64,000 nt of DNA from Anthoceros angustus (lineage: Eukaryota > Plantae > Anthocerotophyta). The notes below the pieces were generated by a model. It saw only the letters and a list, made by a program, of their open reading frames with translations. It made no database searches and was not told the DNA's origin. Each line of letters opens with the position of its first letter. Within the stretch, counting starts at the first letter, position 1. The position numbers and the translations under genes were made by a program. The stretch spans positions 558,001 to 622,000 of the forward strand of contig MU008160.1 of the NCBI GenBank assembly GCA_010909165.1, read 5' to 3'. Shown here one piece after another: positions 24,335 to 36,813 of this stretch.

Positions 24335-27267
24335 TCACGGTCGACCCTTACAACTGCAACAACCAGCTGCGAATCGATGCACACGGTACCCATCCCTTAC
24401 AACAATGTCCTCTGTTCCAGCCTTGACATGATCTCCGTGGAACTGTGGCAGTCACTGCACATGCGTAGATTCTTGTTACCACCAGAGGTGTCCCACTGGA
24501 GTGTTCAAGAGGCCAAACGCCAGAGCTAGCTTCTCAGCATGCCCACAAAGTGCATCTTCCTTTTCCTTCACACAGTGGCTTCAACACCAACTTTGTGTGA
24601 GGTACGTGGCCTCCTTCCTGCTTCAGACGTGCATTCGTGCTCTCTACCTTAAGCAATATCCTCTCTCCTTTCTCCCACCAGAAATCTATGCACCTCCTTA
24701 TTTACCTCAATGCTCGCCACTGCTGGTTTCTTGTTCGCTCCTGCTGCCCTTCTCTGTGTTTCAATCCTGTCTACATCCATCCACCTACCTGCATCTGCAT
24801 AGGCATTGGCCATGAGCACATAGGCGGCCGCCTCCTGGGGGTCCAGCCTAACTATGCTTTCAAAACACCACATTGCTCTCTCTAGATCCCCGTGACTTTT
24901 GGAAGCATTCAACAAAGACGTCAATCCCACAACATTACTTTGGCCCTCGCATGATAATAGCATCTTCTCTGCCTCATCTAAGTGGCCAGCACGTCCAAGA
25001 ACATCAATCATGCAATTATAATGCTCAACAGTAGGTTTAATGCCATGCTGATTAGCCATGGAATTGAAGTGCTTGCGACCCTCGTGTACCAGTCCCTCAT
25101 GACTGCATGCTACTAGAAGGCAAGTAAAAGTCGTATCATCAGGCTGAATACACTAACATCTCCTCAAAACAAGCTAGTGCCTTGTGACCTTCATCACAAG
25201 TACCATACCCAGATATCAGGGCATTCCATGTCACCACATCCTTTGTGGCCATGCTGTCAAAAACCTGCATCTTCCAGTTCACCACATTTTGCATACATGT
25301 CCACCAGGCAGTGCCCACCATTACGTCATCCAGCAGTCCTCTTTCAACAATCTGAGTGCAGCTGCTGCCCTTCTGTAAGGCACCAGTGCTTCCACAGGCC
25401 TTCAGAAGGCAAAAGTAACATGGTCAGCCAAAATAAGGCCCACCTCCATTTGTCCATACACAACAAGCGCCTCTTGGCTGAGTCCTTGCTGTGCATACCC
25501 AGCAATCAGGGCATTCCATGTCACCACATCTTTGTGGCCATGCTGTCAAAAACCTGGCGTGCATCTTCCAGTTCACCACATTTTGCATACATGTCCACCA
25601 GGCAGTGCCCACCACAACGTCATCCAGCAGTCCTCTTTGACAATCTGTGAGTGCAGCTGCAGGCCCTTCTGCAAGGCACCAGTGCTTCCACAGGCCTTCA
25701 GAAGGCAAGCAAAAGTAACATGGTCAGCCAAAATAAGGCCCGCGTCCTCCATTTGTCCGTACACAGCTAGCGCCTCTTTGCCTAGTCCTTGCTGTGCATA
25801 CCCAGCAATCAAGGCATTCCATGTAACCACATCCTTTGTGGCCATGCTGTCAAAGACCTGGCGTGCAGCTTCCAGTTCGCCACATTTCGCATACATGTCC
25901 ACCAGGCAGTTGCCCACCACAACGTCATCCAGCAGTCCTCTTTCAACAATCCGTGAGTGCAGTTGCTGCCCTTCTGTAAGGCACCAGTGCTTGCACAGGC
26001 CTTCAGAAGGCAAGCAAAAGTAACATGGTCAGCCAAAATGAGGCCCGCCTCCTCCATTTGTCCATACAACAAGCGCCTCTAGTCCTTGCATACCCAGCAA
26101 TCAGGGCATTCCATGTCACCACATCCTGGCCATGCTGTCAAAACCTGGCGTGCATCTTTCAGTTCACCACATTTTGCATACCCAGCAATCAGGGCATTCC
26201 ATGTCACCACATCCTTTGTGGCCATGCTGTCAAAAACCTGGCGTGCATCTTTCAGTTCGCCACATTTTGCATACATGTCCACCAGGCAGTTGCCAACAAA
26301 CAAGTTAGTAGGAATGCCACTGCACCACATCACAGTGCACTTTTCTGCCAGATTCCAAGTCGGCTGCAAATGCACAAGCTTGAAGGGCAGCTACAAAGAC
26401 GTGAGCATCCGCCTTCACTCCTGACCTACGCATCTCATGGTACAGTTGTATGGCCTCATTAGGTTTCCCATGCTTAACGTGCGGAGATTATGGAAGACCA
26501 CATGAAGGCATCTGGCCCACTCTGGTGAGCACATCCATGGCCTCCTCTAGCCTACCTCCACATGCATACATGCGCAAGATATGGTTCCCCAAGTATGCAT
26601 TCGACTCGTACCAAGTTTGACACTGAGATCATGAACTCGTCGCCCCACAACCAAATCCTTCTTAGCTGTACACAGTTTTAGCACAGTGTAAACAGAGACT
26701 GAGAAACAGCAGAGTCTGCCTGCGCCAGAGATTCCAGGGCTCCAACGGCCTCAGAAAGCTTCCCCTGCTGACATAACATGCTCACGGTTCCAGCCGTTAC
26801 GCCCATTTCCGATCCTTCACGCCTGCCAGGTTCAGGCTCATTCCGGATCTCGCCTTGGAAGGAGAGGCACCATGACCCATCTGCATATCCAAGGAAACGA
26901 GCTGGTCATCAACCCAAGCTGGCTTAAACATGTTGTTTAACCACAGCACCTCGCCGGACCCCTTACGCCGGAAGTCAGGCGAACGGGAGCTCTTCTTATC
27001 TCGTCTGTTGTCCCACCACATGGTAGGCTCCAGAAAAATTGCTGCCACAAGTGCTCCTGCTCCTGGCAATGATCATGGTTGGAAAACCCGTCCCCACCCA
27101 CACCTTTCTCGGAAGTGGAGGGCTGGGCTCCTTACACTGCTGCACCTGAAGGCTTTGTTTGCCTGGGATTGATTCGCTGCGATGAGGTGAGCGGGGCTCC
27201 TCGTAGAATCCCTGCACACACCATTTTGTTGGGTCCACAGCGGGTCCGGTTGCCATACTGTTGCCAT
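24335..27267 (-). CDS. PDF-motif + PLS-class PPR + E1/E2 + DYW:KP (GRP) protein, copy 1; frameshifted as assembled
   Basis: ATG 27267 (MATVWQPDPLW); PTMWWDNRRDKKSSRSPDFRRKGSGEVLWL; repeated VDMYAKCG/VVTWNALI/VTFACLLKAC; KKPAVASIEV; ends CSCKGRP-TGA. Confidence 0.85.
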
Positions 27268-27517
27268 CGTTCAAGGACCGCTGTCTGAAGATGTTACTAC
27301 GAAGTGTGTCTAGATAGAAGCGCATAGATAATGTCTTTGGCCAAATGGACACACATTTATAAGAACGTGATTATTAAGCATCCTGCGCTTGGATCGGTAC
27401 TTAGATGGGGTGCCTAAAGGGAATGAATGCCCTTGGTGCAAGTACATAGCTTAGGCATACCATGGTACAAGTTGTTAAGTACCAAGTCCCATGACGGAAA
27501 TCCGTCCTTAGTGGACT

Positions 27518-28855
27518 TCAATAAAATTCTTCTTCTTCTTCTTCTTCATTGACGAAATCCCACAAAATCGCTATATCCATTTGCCCATACAAATCCCACC
27601 AAAATCGCTCCTCGAAGAGGTTGTCGGCCTGGGCTCCGGAGCAGGAGGGGCAGGTGGCAGAAAACATGTGTCGGACAATGGCCTCTGGGTCCAGAGCAGG
27701 AGGGGCGCAGGTGGCAGAAAATATGTGTCGGACAATGGCCTCTGGGTCCAGAGCAGGAGTGGGCTGCCGTCGGATCATGAGAAGTATGATGAGAGTGAGG
27801 ACAGCTACCACAATCAGCTTCATCTTCATGTCCTTGAACCACCATTCAAGGTGCCCACTCAGCCTTCTCAAGTTGTCAGCCTGAGGACACACGGTGGCAA
27901 AGTGTGTGTCAAAAATGCTCTAGAAGTGACCTTCTTTGCCATAGAGTCAGATCCTCTCTGCTCACAACGAATTCCAGGTTCCAGCCTTATTTTTGCGACC
28001 GAGAGGCAACACACTAACCTGAACGGCGAGCTTCTTTACCTTGTCGAACACCAGTTGAATGTTCTCTCCCCATCACACACCTGTTCATCCGAAAGCACTG
28101 TTAGCGTCCGAGACATGTGTACCGGATGAAACCCCAGCCATGAAGTGCAAAAGAAAGGTTGATGGGTGCAAATCGTGAGTAAAGCTCCAGTCTAGGTCAC
28201 AGCATATGGGCCCTTGCTCACCTTCTCAAAACAGTCTAGGAAGGTGTCCTTCAATCTTGCAAGCTGCGATCTCAAAACCGAAATCATGCTCATTTCCCTG
28301 CATGACGGACACAGTGCTGCATGTGCTGTTTCAACCTCGGGCTGAAAGGAACACAGCATGCCAGAATGATGAAAAGCGCGTAAGCTTATAGAAATCTTCG
28401 GCAACACGTGAGGGCAATGAGGGTGCTGCAGTCCAATACCCAAACTCCTTGTCAAGACCGTGAGCAACAGCAGTGTGAGCCCTCCCCCCGCCATATTTGC
28501 TCTTGAAGTCCTGCTGAACTCGTCCCAAGAAGGCAAGTGGCAGCGAGCTTTCCATCCCTTCCTCTGCCACCACAAGATAGGCTGCAAAAGCACAACAAAG
28601 CACATTCGTTTGCGCATCATGAGCAGCGAAGAGGCTAACAGAAGGAGCACAAGGCCACTTACTAAACCCATCCTCGATCAAATAGTGGAACGTGTACTTA
28701 TCCCGCGTGTCCGTGACCTTGTGGTTGATGTGAAGGCGCAATTCGTGCAGGCCTCCTTGGGCCACCCTTTTGAAGCTCCCCGACACGACACTGTACTCCG
28801 CTAGCACCTCCGTGCCCCGCGCCACAAAGCTGTAAGTGAAAGATTTGGGATCCAT
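27518..28855 (-). CDS. Divergent VAMP72-like longin R-SNARE, ~5 exons, with a novel C-terminal extension; possibly a pseudogene
   Basis: YSFVARGTEVLAEY, TFHYLIEDGF, FLGRVQQDFKSKYGGG, LDKEFG, LKQHMQHC and WWFKDMKMKLIVVAVLTLIILLMI match the VAMP721/722 architecture. Confidence 0.8.
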
Positions 28856-29126
28856 CTGCGCTCAGAGTAGCTCCCCGAAATCAATCGGCTCTACAGGGAG
28901 TGATCTCGCAAGGCAAGGCACCGCGCGGCGCTATCGTCTCCTCGTTGAGGACCTCCAGCCAAGGATATGAGGAGTTATAACCACCAGACTCGACTATACA
29001 GCAGGCCGAGGCTATACAGCAGGCCGAGGAGGTGCGAGGTGCACCTCCTCGGCAGCCACCTTCCGTGCACACTACCATAAAGGAGGTAGTCGCCAGTCTG
29101 GAGTCCTAGGACTAGTCTGCAGACCC

Positions 29127-29188
29127 TTGGGTAATTGGGTAATTGGGTAATTGGGTAATTGGGTAATTAGATAATTGGGTAATTGGGT
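29127..29188 (+). repeat. (GGGTAATT)n microsatellite, G-quadruplex-type
   Basis: About 7 tandem 8-bp units with GGG tracts. Confidence 0.9.
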
Positions 29189-29639
29189 TGTGGGTGCATA
29201 TGGGCAAGCCCGCGCGCTAGCTGCAGGCAGCAGCTTGTCAAGCAAGCCCTGGGCATCCACTAGGCTCCCGACACGTTGCATACCTGTTGTTTGCGGGCTT
29301 TGCGGCGCAAACGCCTCTGTTTGCAACCGGCATACAACAAAAGCGGCCCACGGCATGCTACGCCCACGGCCCACGGCCCACGGCATGCTATGTACGTGCC
29401 CACGTGTATGTTTGTGACCGTGCATCAGAATCTGACCGGCATTTATAAATGTCGGCATTCTATCTTTCAATCGCCACGGGATGGGGCCCACCCCTACTTC
29501 CGCGAGCAAGGGGGATAGAGCAGCGAGGATTGAGCAAATTTGCCTTGTTCGGTACCGAGGTCGGCAACGAGGAGAGGAGAACATCGGAGAGGCGAGGAGG
29601 GGAGAGGGCCGCGCGGTGGCCAAAGTTCGCACCACTGAT

Positions 29640-29690
29640 GGTTTACGGTTTACGGTTTACGGGTTACGGTTTACGGTTTACGGTTTACGG
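29640..29690 (+). repeat. (GGTTTAC)7 telomere-variant repeat
   Basis: The 7-bp unit TTTACGG is one base from the plant telomere repeat TTTAGGG. Canonical TTTAGGG x2 lies at 29811-29829. Confidence 0.85.
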
Positions 29691-32388
29691 TGCAGCCTGC
29701 AAGTGTGCTGTAGGTAGGCTGATCCCTACACTTGATCCTGTGTAGCGAGGTAGAAATGTCTGTAGAAATGTGTGGTAGAAATTTGGCGTCGCGTCGGTGG
29801 CCCTCTGCGAGGTTTAGGGTTTAGGGTTTGACGCCTGTCGAACCCTCCTTCATCGTAGTGTGCACGGGCGCAAGCCCCGTCTGACCACCGAGGGGAGAAA
29901 TTTCTCCAGGCCCAAACCCCAGGCGGCCCAGTATTGGTCAGCAACTGGGTTTGTGGCCCGTGCCTCCTCCGCACCTCCGCAACGCATCGACGGCCTAAGG
30001 CTAACGCAAACTTAATGGATGGATCCCAAACAGATGGATCCCAATACCGGGCAGCTGCTGCGTGCGTGGGCCCCACCCTTGCAAAACCCACGAAACCAAA
30101 CACGCTTTTGTTGTATGCCGCGGCCCACGGCATACAACAAAAGCGAGTGCACTCCCGGCCTGGACGGTGCGAGATCTCGCACCTCCTCGGCAGCCACCTT
30201 CCGCTTCCCAGGGTAAAACATGGAAAGGCAATCCATTCGTCAAACATACAAGTGGGCATGGGAATCTGAATCAGAATCTGACCGGCATCCGAATGGACGG
30301 ATGGATTGGCATCCATCCATCCAATGACGGTGCATCAGAATCTGACCGGCATTTATAAATGTCGGCATTCTCTCTTTAAATCGCCACGGGGTTGGGCCCA
30401 CCCCCACTTCTTCGAGCACGCTGTGTGGTCAGCAACTGAGCCGGAGCCGGGAGTGCGAGATCTCAGTTGACGCAACTGACGCAACTGACGCTTTTGTTGT
30501 ATGCAACTGCCGCGGCCCACGGTGGCACTACCTAGTCACTAGTCTGCAGTCATAGGACTAGTGTGCAGACCCTTGTTTTTCACTGGGTACCGAAGTTACC
30601 GAACAACACAAATTTGCCGACCATAAAAAGTGGTTTCAAGTGGTTTCAGTGCACCGATCGTCATGCTTCCGACTATTAGTGATGTGTGTTCGGTAACTTA
30701 GGAGGAGGAGGCGGCACTTCCGTGAACACTACAATGAAGGAGGTAGTCACCTGGAAGGTCCTCGGCAGTTTGTTCCGGGGTGTTCTAGTTTGTTCCGGGG
30801 TGTCCCCAGGTGCGGGAGTGTCGGTGGATTCCGCACGGGGCGTTGCGGTGCGGAGGAGGAGGAGGAGGAGGGCAATGGAGGCTGGTAAGAGGGTGGTAAA
30901 CTAAGGTGCCCCACTTATAGATACCGGTGCCATGCATGGCCAATGCACCGCATGTAAGCGGCCATGGCCTTTCCTTACATGCCTCTTTTTGCGTGGCCAC
31001 ACGGGCAAAGCAACGAAGGTCTTTACTAGTGGAACCCACCAAACAAACTTAAATCCTACGAAACAAACTAGAATCCCACTTGTTCTACACCAGTGCCCGT
31101 GTAGAACAGGTGGCACTTGTTCTACACTAGTGCCCATGTAGAACAGGTGGCACAAAAATGGTCGCGCAAAAATGGGCCTATGAGGTGAGGCGATTTTTGC
31201 GCGACCATTTTGCGCGAGTTCCAGTATGGCCCCACCCCCAAGGTGAGGCCTAAAAAAACTGCAACAGCAGTCGGTGCCCTCCACCTTCAAGTGCCACCTG
31301 TCCTAGGCCGAGGCAAGGACAGGTGTCTCTCCAATATCGTCTCTCGCATGCTTGGCTTCTGACTTCTGCCTTCTGCCTTCTCTTCCGTCCCGCGGCGCCC
31401 GCGCGCTTAGGACCTGGTTCCGTGGTTCTTGCCTTGCCTTGCCTTGCCTTGCCTTGCGAAATCATTCCCTGTAGAGCCGATTGATTTCGATTTTGAATTT
31501 GATTTTGATTTTGCCCTGTGATGTAAATGTGCCCCAGCGAGGTTGAATGACCCCAGCGAATATCAGATGCTCAGCTCCGCACAACATAGAAATTAACACA
31601 CTTTCAGGAAAGACATGAAATAGTGAAATCATGAGAGATTCACGAATTAGAAACGCTATCATTTACTCTTTCTTATAACTTTTGATACTGGACCAACCTT
31701 CCGGTACCGACGTTGCGGCTGCCCAATGGCCAGTCGCCAGTCGCCAGTCATCCACTAGGCTCCCGACACGTTCCATACATGGTGAGTGTGTTTTGCGGCG
31801 CAAACGTTCCACGGCCCACGGCCCACGTGGGCCCCATCACACAGGGGCCAACGAATTGCGCCTACACAGCTACACAGCGACCTTGTAGCATGACGACGTT
31901 GCTGATCGTCATGCTCATAAGGTTCCGCGGAAGGCACATATTCCCTGTGGGGAGTCATATGTTGGGAGGCTCCGGCTCAGTTGCTCGATTTCTGTTAGAG
32001 AAGGTGTGCAAATTTGTGTTGTTCGGTAACTTCGGAGGAGGAGCCGGCACCTCCGTGAACACTACAATGAAGGAGGTAGTCACCTGGAAGGTGCGATATC
32101 TCGCACCTCCTCGGCAGTTTGTTCCGGGGTGTCCCCAGGTGCTGGTCACGGTACCGGAGTGTCGGTGCCGGCGTGGTGCGCCTCCATTGCCCTCCTCCTC
32201 CTCCTCCTCCTCCTCCTTCCACCCTGGAAATCTGGTCTGGTGGTTGTAAATCCTCATATCCTTGCCTTACGGATCTCAGTTGCAGCTGGAGGTCCTCAAC
32301 GAGGAGACGATAGCGCCGCGCGGCGCCTTGCCTTGCGAGATCACTCCCTGTAGAGCCGATTGATTTCGGGGAGCTACTCTGAGCGCAG

Positions 32389-33708
32389 ATGGATCCCAAA
32401 TCTTTCACTTACTGCTTTGTGGCGCGGGGCACGGAGGTGCTAGCGAGTACAGTGTCGTGTCGGGGAGCTTCAAAGGGTGGCCCAAGGAGGCCTGCAGGTG
32501 CGCCTTCACATCAACCACAAGGTCACGGACACAGGATAAGTACACGTTCCACTATTTGATCGAGGATGGGTTTAGTAAGTGGCCTTGTGCTCCTTCTGTT
32601 AGCCTCTTCGCTGCTCATGATGCGCAAACGAATGTGGTGATGCCGTTGCCGACCTCCACCTGCCTTCTAATGTGCTTTGTTGTGCTTTTGCAGCCTATCT
32701 TGTGGTGGCAGAGGAAGGGATGGAAAGCTCGCCACTTGGCTTCTTGGCACGAGTTCAGCAGGACTTCAAGAGCAAATATGGCGGGGAGGGCTCACTGCTG
32801 TTGCTCACGGTCTTGACAAGGAGTTTGGGTATTGGACTGCAGCACCCTCATTGCCCTCACGTGTTGCCGAGGATTTCTATAAGCACGCGCTTTTCATCAT
32901 TCTGGCATGCTGTGTTCCTTTCAGCCCGAGGTTGAAACAGCACATGCAGCACTGTGTCCGTCATGCAGGGAAATGAGCATGATTTCGGTTTTGAGATCGC
33001 AGCTTGCAAGATTGAAGGACACCTTCCTAGACTGTTTTGAGAAGGTGAGCAAGGGCCCATATGCTGTGACCTAGACTGGAGCTTTACTCACGATTTGCAC
33101 CCATCAACCTTTCTTTTGCACTTCATGGCTGGGGTTTCATCCGGTACACATGTCTCGGACGCTAACAGTGCTTTCGGATGAACAGGTGTGTGATGGGGAG
33201 AGAACATTCAACTGGTGTTCGACAAGGTAAAGAAGCTCGCCGTTCAGGTTAGTGTGTTGCCTCTCGGTCGCAAAAATAAGGCTGGAACCTGGAATTCGTT
33301 GTGAGCAGAGAGGATCTGACTCTATGGCAAAGAAGGTCACTTCTAGAGCATTTTTGACACACACTTTGCCACCGTGTGTCCTCAGGCTGACAACTTGAGA
33401 AGGCTGAGTGGGCACCAGAATGGTGGTTCAAGGACATGAAGATGAAGTGATTGTGGCTGCTCACTCTGCTCTGGACAGGCCATTGTCCGACACATATTTT
33501 CTGCCACCTGCGCCCCTCCTGCTCTGGACCCAGAGGCCATTGTCCGACACATGTTTTCTGCCACCTGCGCCCCTCCTGCTCCGGAGCCCCAGGCCGACAA
33601 CCCTCTTCGAGGAGCGATTTTGGTGGGATTTGTGTATGGCAAATGGATATAGCGATTTTGTGGGATTTCGTCAATGAAGAAGAAGAAGAAGAAGAAGAAT
33701 TTTATTGA
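32389..33708 (+). CDS. VAMP72-like R-SNARE, copy 2; more indels, possibly a pseudogene
   Basis: ATGGATCCCAAA at 32389; same exons and acidic tail (VNEEEEEEEEFY) as 27518-28855. Confidence 0.7.
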
Positions 33709-33957
33709 AGTCCACTAAGGACGGATTTCCGTCATGGGACTTGGTACTTAACAACTTGTACCATGGTATGCCTAAGCTATGTACTTGCACCAAGGCATTC
33801 ATTCCCTTTAGGCACCCCATCTAAGTACCGATCCAAGCGCAGGATGCTTAATAATCACGTTCTTATAAATGTGTGTCCATTTGGCCAAAGACATTATCTA
33901 TGCGCTTCTATCTAGACACACTTCGTAGTAACATCTTCAGACAGCGGTCCTTGAACG

Positions 33958-36813
33958 ATGGCAACAGTACAACCGGACCCGCTGTGGACCCAACAAAATG
34001 GTGTGTGTGCAGGGATTCTACGAGGAGGCTCACCTCATCGCAGCGAATCAATCCCAGGCAAACAAAGCCTTCAGGTGCAGCAGTGTAAGGAGCCCAGCCC
34101 CTCCACTTCCGAGAAAAGGTGTGGGTGGGGACGGGTTTTCCAACCATGATCATTGCCAGGAGCAGGAGCACTTGTGGCAGCAATTTTTCTGGAGCCTACC
34201 ATGTGGTGGGACAACAGACGAGATAAGAAGAGCTCCCGTTCGCCTGACTTCCGGCGTAAGGGGTCCGGCGAGGTGCTGTGGTTAAACAACATGTTTAAGC
34301 CAGCTTGGGTTGATGACCAGCTCGTTTCCTTGGATATGCTGATGGGTCATGGTGCCTCTCCTTCAAGGCGAGATGGATAAGCCTGAACCTGGCAGGCGTG
34401 AAGGATCAGGGCGGGTGGGGTAACGTCTGGAACCGTGAGCATGTTATGTCAGCAGGGGAAGCTTTCTGAGGCCGTTGGAGCCCTGGAATCTCTGGTGCAG
34501 GCAGACTCTGGTGTTTCTCAGTCTCTGCTTTACACTGTGCTAAAACTGTGTACAGCTAAGAAGGATTTGGTTGTGGGGCGACGAGTTCATGACCTCAGTG
34601 TCCAACTTGGGTACGAGTCGAGTGCGTACTTGGGGAACCATATCTTGCGCATGTATGCATGTGGAGGTAGGCTAGAGGAGGCCATGGATGTGCTCACCAG
34701 GTGGGCAAACCGGATGCCTTCATGTGGTCTTCCATAATCTCCGCATACGTTAAGCATGGGAAACCTAATGAGGCTGTACAACTGTACCATGAGATGCGTA
34801 GGTCAGGAGTGAAGGCGGATGCTCACGTCTTTGTAGCTGCCCTTCAAGCTTGTGCATTTGCAGCCGACTTGGAATCTGGCAGAAAAGTGCACTGTGATGT
34901 GGTGCAGTGGCATTCCTACTAACTTGTTTGTTGGCAACTGCCTGGTGGACATGTATGCAAAATGTGTGAACTGAAAGATGCACGCCAGGTTTTGACAGCA
35001 TGGCCACAAAGGATGTGGTGACATGGACAGTGCTGATTGCGGGTATGCACGAAATGTGGTGCAATGAAAGATGCACGCTTTTGACAGCATGGCCACAAAG
35101 GATGGCATGGAATGCCTGATTGCTGGGTACACAGCAAGGACTAGCCAAAAATGTGTATGGACAAATGGAGGCGGGCCTCATTTTGCCTGACCATGTTACT
35201 TTTGCCTTCTGAAGGCCTGTGGAAGCACTGGTGCCTTACAGAAGGCATACAGATTGTTCAAGAGGAGGCACGCTGGATGACGTTGTGGGTAGCCTGGTGG
35301 ACATGTATGCAAAATGTGGTGAACTGAAAGATGCACGCCAGGTTTTGACGGCATGGCCATAAAGGATGTGGTGACATGGAATGCCCTGATTGCTGGGTAT
35401 GCACAGCAAGGACTTAGCCAAGAGGCACTTGTTGTGCATGGACAAATGGAGGCGGACCTTTGGCTGTGTTACTTTTGCTTGCCTTCTGAAGGCCTGGAAG
35501 CACTGGTGCCTTACAGAAGGGGCATACACTGCACTCACAGATTGTCGAGGACTGCTGGATGACGTTGTGGTGGGCCTTGTGGACATGTATGCAAAATGTG
35601 GTGAACTGGAAAATGCCAGGTTTTGACAGCATGGCCACAAAGATGTGGTGTTACGTGGAATGCCCTGATTGCTGGGTATGCACAGCAAGGACTCAAGGCG
35701 CTTGTTGTGTATGGACAAATGGAGGAGGTGGGCCTTATTTTGGCTGACCATGTTACTTTTGCTTGCCTTCTGAAGGCCTGTGGAAGCACTGGTGCCTTAC
35801 AGAAGGGCATGCACTGCACTCGATTGTTGAAGAGGACTGCTGGATGACATGGTGGGCACCTGCCTGGTGAGATGTATGCAAAATGGTAAACGTGCACGCC
35901 AGGTTTTGACAGCATGCCAAAGATGTGACATGGCATGGACCACCCTGATTGCTGGGTATGGTACTTGTGATGAAGGTCACAAGGCACTAGCTTGTTTTGA
36001 GGAGATGTTAGTCGCGGTATTCAGCCTGATGATACGACTTTTACTTGCCTTCTAGTAGCATGCAGTCATGAGGACTGGTCCAGAGGGTCAAGCACTTGAT
36101 TCCATGGCTAATCAGCATGGCATCAAACCTACTGCATTATAATTGCATGATTGATCTTCTTGGCGTGCTGGCCATTTAGATGAGGCAGAGAAGATGCTAT
36201 TATCATGAGGCCAAAGTAATGTTGTGGGATTGACGTCTTTGTTGAATGCCTGCAAAAGTCACGGGGATCTAGAGAGCAATGTGGTGTTTTGAAAGCATTG
36301 TTAGGCTGGACCCCCAGAGGCGGCGCCTATGTGCTCATGCCTATGCAGATGCAGGTAGGTGGATGGATGTAGACAGGATTGAAACACAGAGAAGGGCAGC
36401 AGGAGCGAACAAGAAACCAGCAGTGGCGAGCATTGAGGTAAATAAGGAGGTGCATAGATTTCTGGTGGGAGATAGGAGAGAGGATATTGCAATTAAGGTG
36501 GAGAGGACGAATGCACGTCTGAAGCAGGAAGGAGGCCACGTACCTCACACAAATCTGGTGCTAAAGCCCCTGTGTGAAAAGCGAAAGGAAGATGCACTTT
36601 GTGGGCATGCTGAGAAGCTAGCTCTGGCTTTTGGCCTCTTGAACACTCCGAGTGGGACACCTCTGGTGGTAACAAAGAATCTACGCATGTGCAGTGACTG
36701 CCACAGTTCCACGGAGATCATGTCAAGGCTGGAACAGAGACATTGTTGTAAGGGATGGGTACCGTGTGCATCGATTCGCAGCTGGTTGTTGCAGTTGTAA
36801 GGGTCGACCGTGA
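33958..36813 (+). CDS. PDF-motif + PLS-PPR + DYW:KP (GRP) protein, copy 2; heavily frameshifted as assembled
   Basis: WWDNR...PDF motif at 34175-34323; KKPAVASIEV, LCGHAEKLALAFGL, KNLRMCSDCH; ends GRP-TGA at 36813. Confidence 0.8.

Larger units (their letters stand above)
21323..28989 (-). repeat. Left arm of the giant inverted repeat
   Basis: Reverse complement of 32235-39794, with mirror-image ORFs (e.g. 24181-24393 vs 36755-36967; 23431-23619 vs 37522-37710). Confidence 0.95.
28990..32234. repeat. Mosaic spacer of the inverted repeat, built from re-used modules
   Basis: Direct repeats 29420-29500/30330-30410, 30688-30760/32020-32092 and 29254-29285/31749-31780. An arm-junction copy lies at 31431-31489, including (GCCTT)5. 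Confidence 0.8.

Noticed and set aside
25200-26330. Regularly spaced repeats that might suggest a CRISPR array (also 50700-52350)
   Set aside because: They are coding PPR triplets of ~300 bp, with no unique spacers or cas genes, in eukaryotic DNA.
26996-27352. Alternative upstream reading frame (MSIWPK.../MFRQRSLNDG...) as the PPR N-terminus
   Set aside because: Differences between paralogs are non-synonymous in this frame but mostly synonymous in the MATVWQPDPLW frame.
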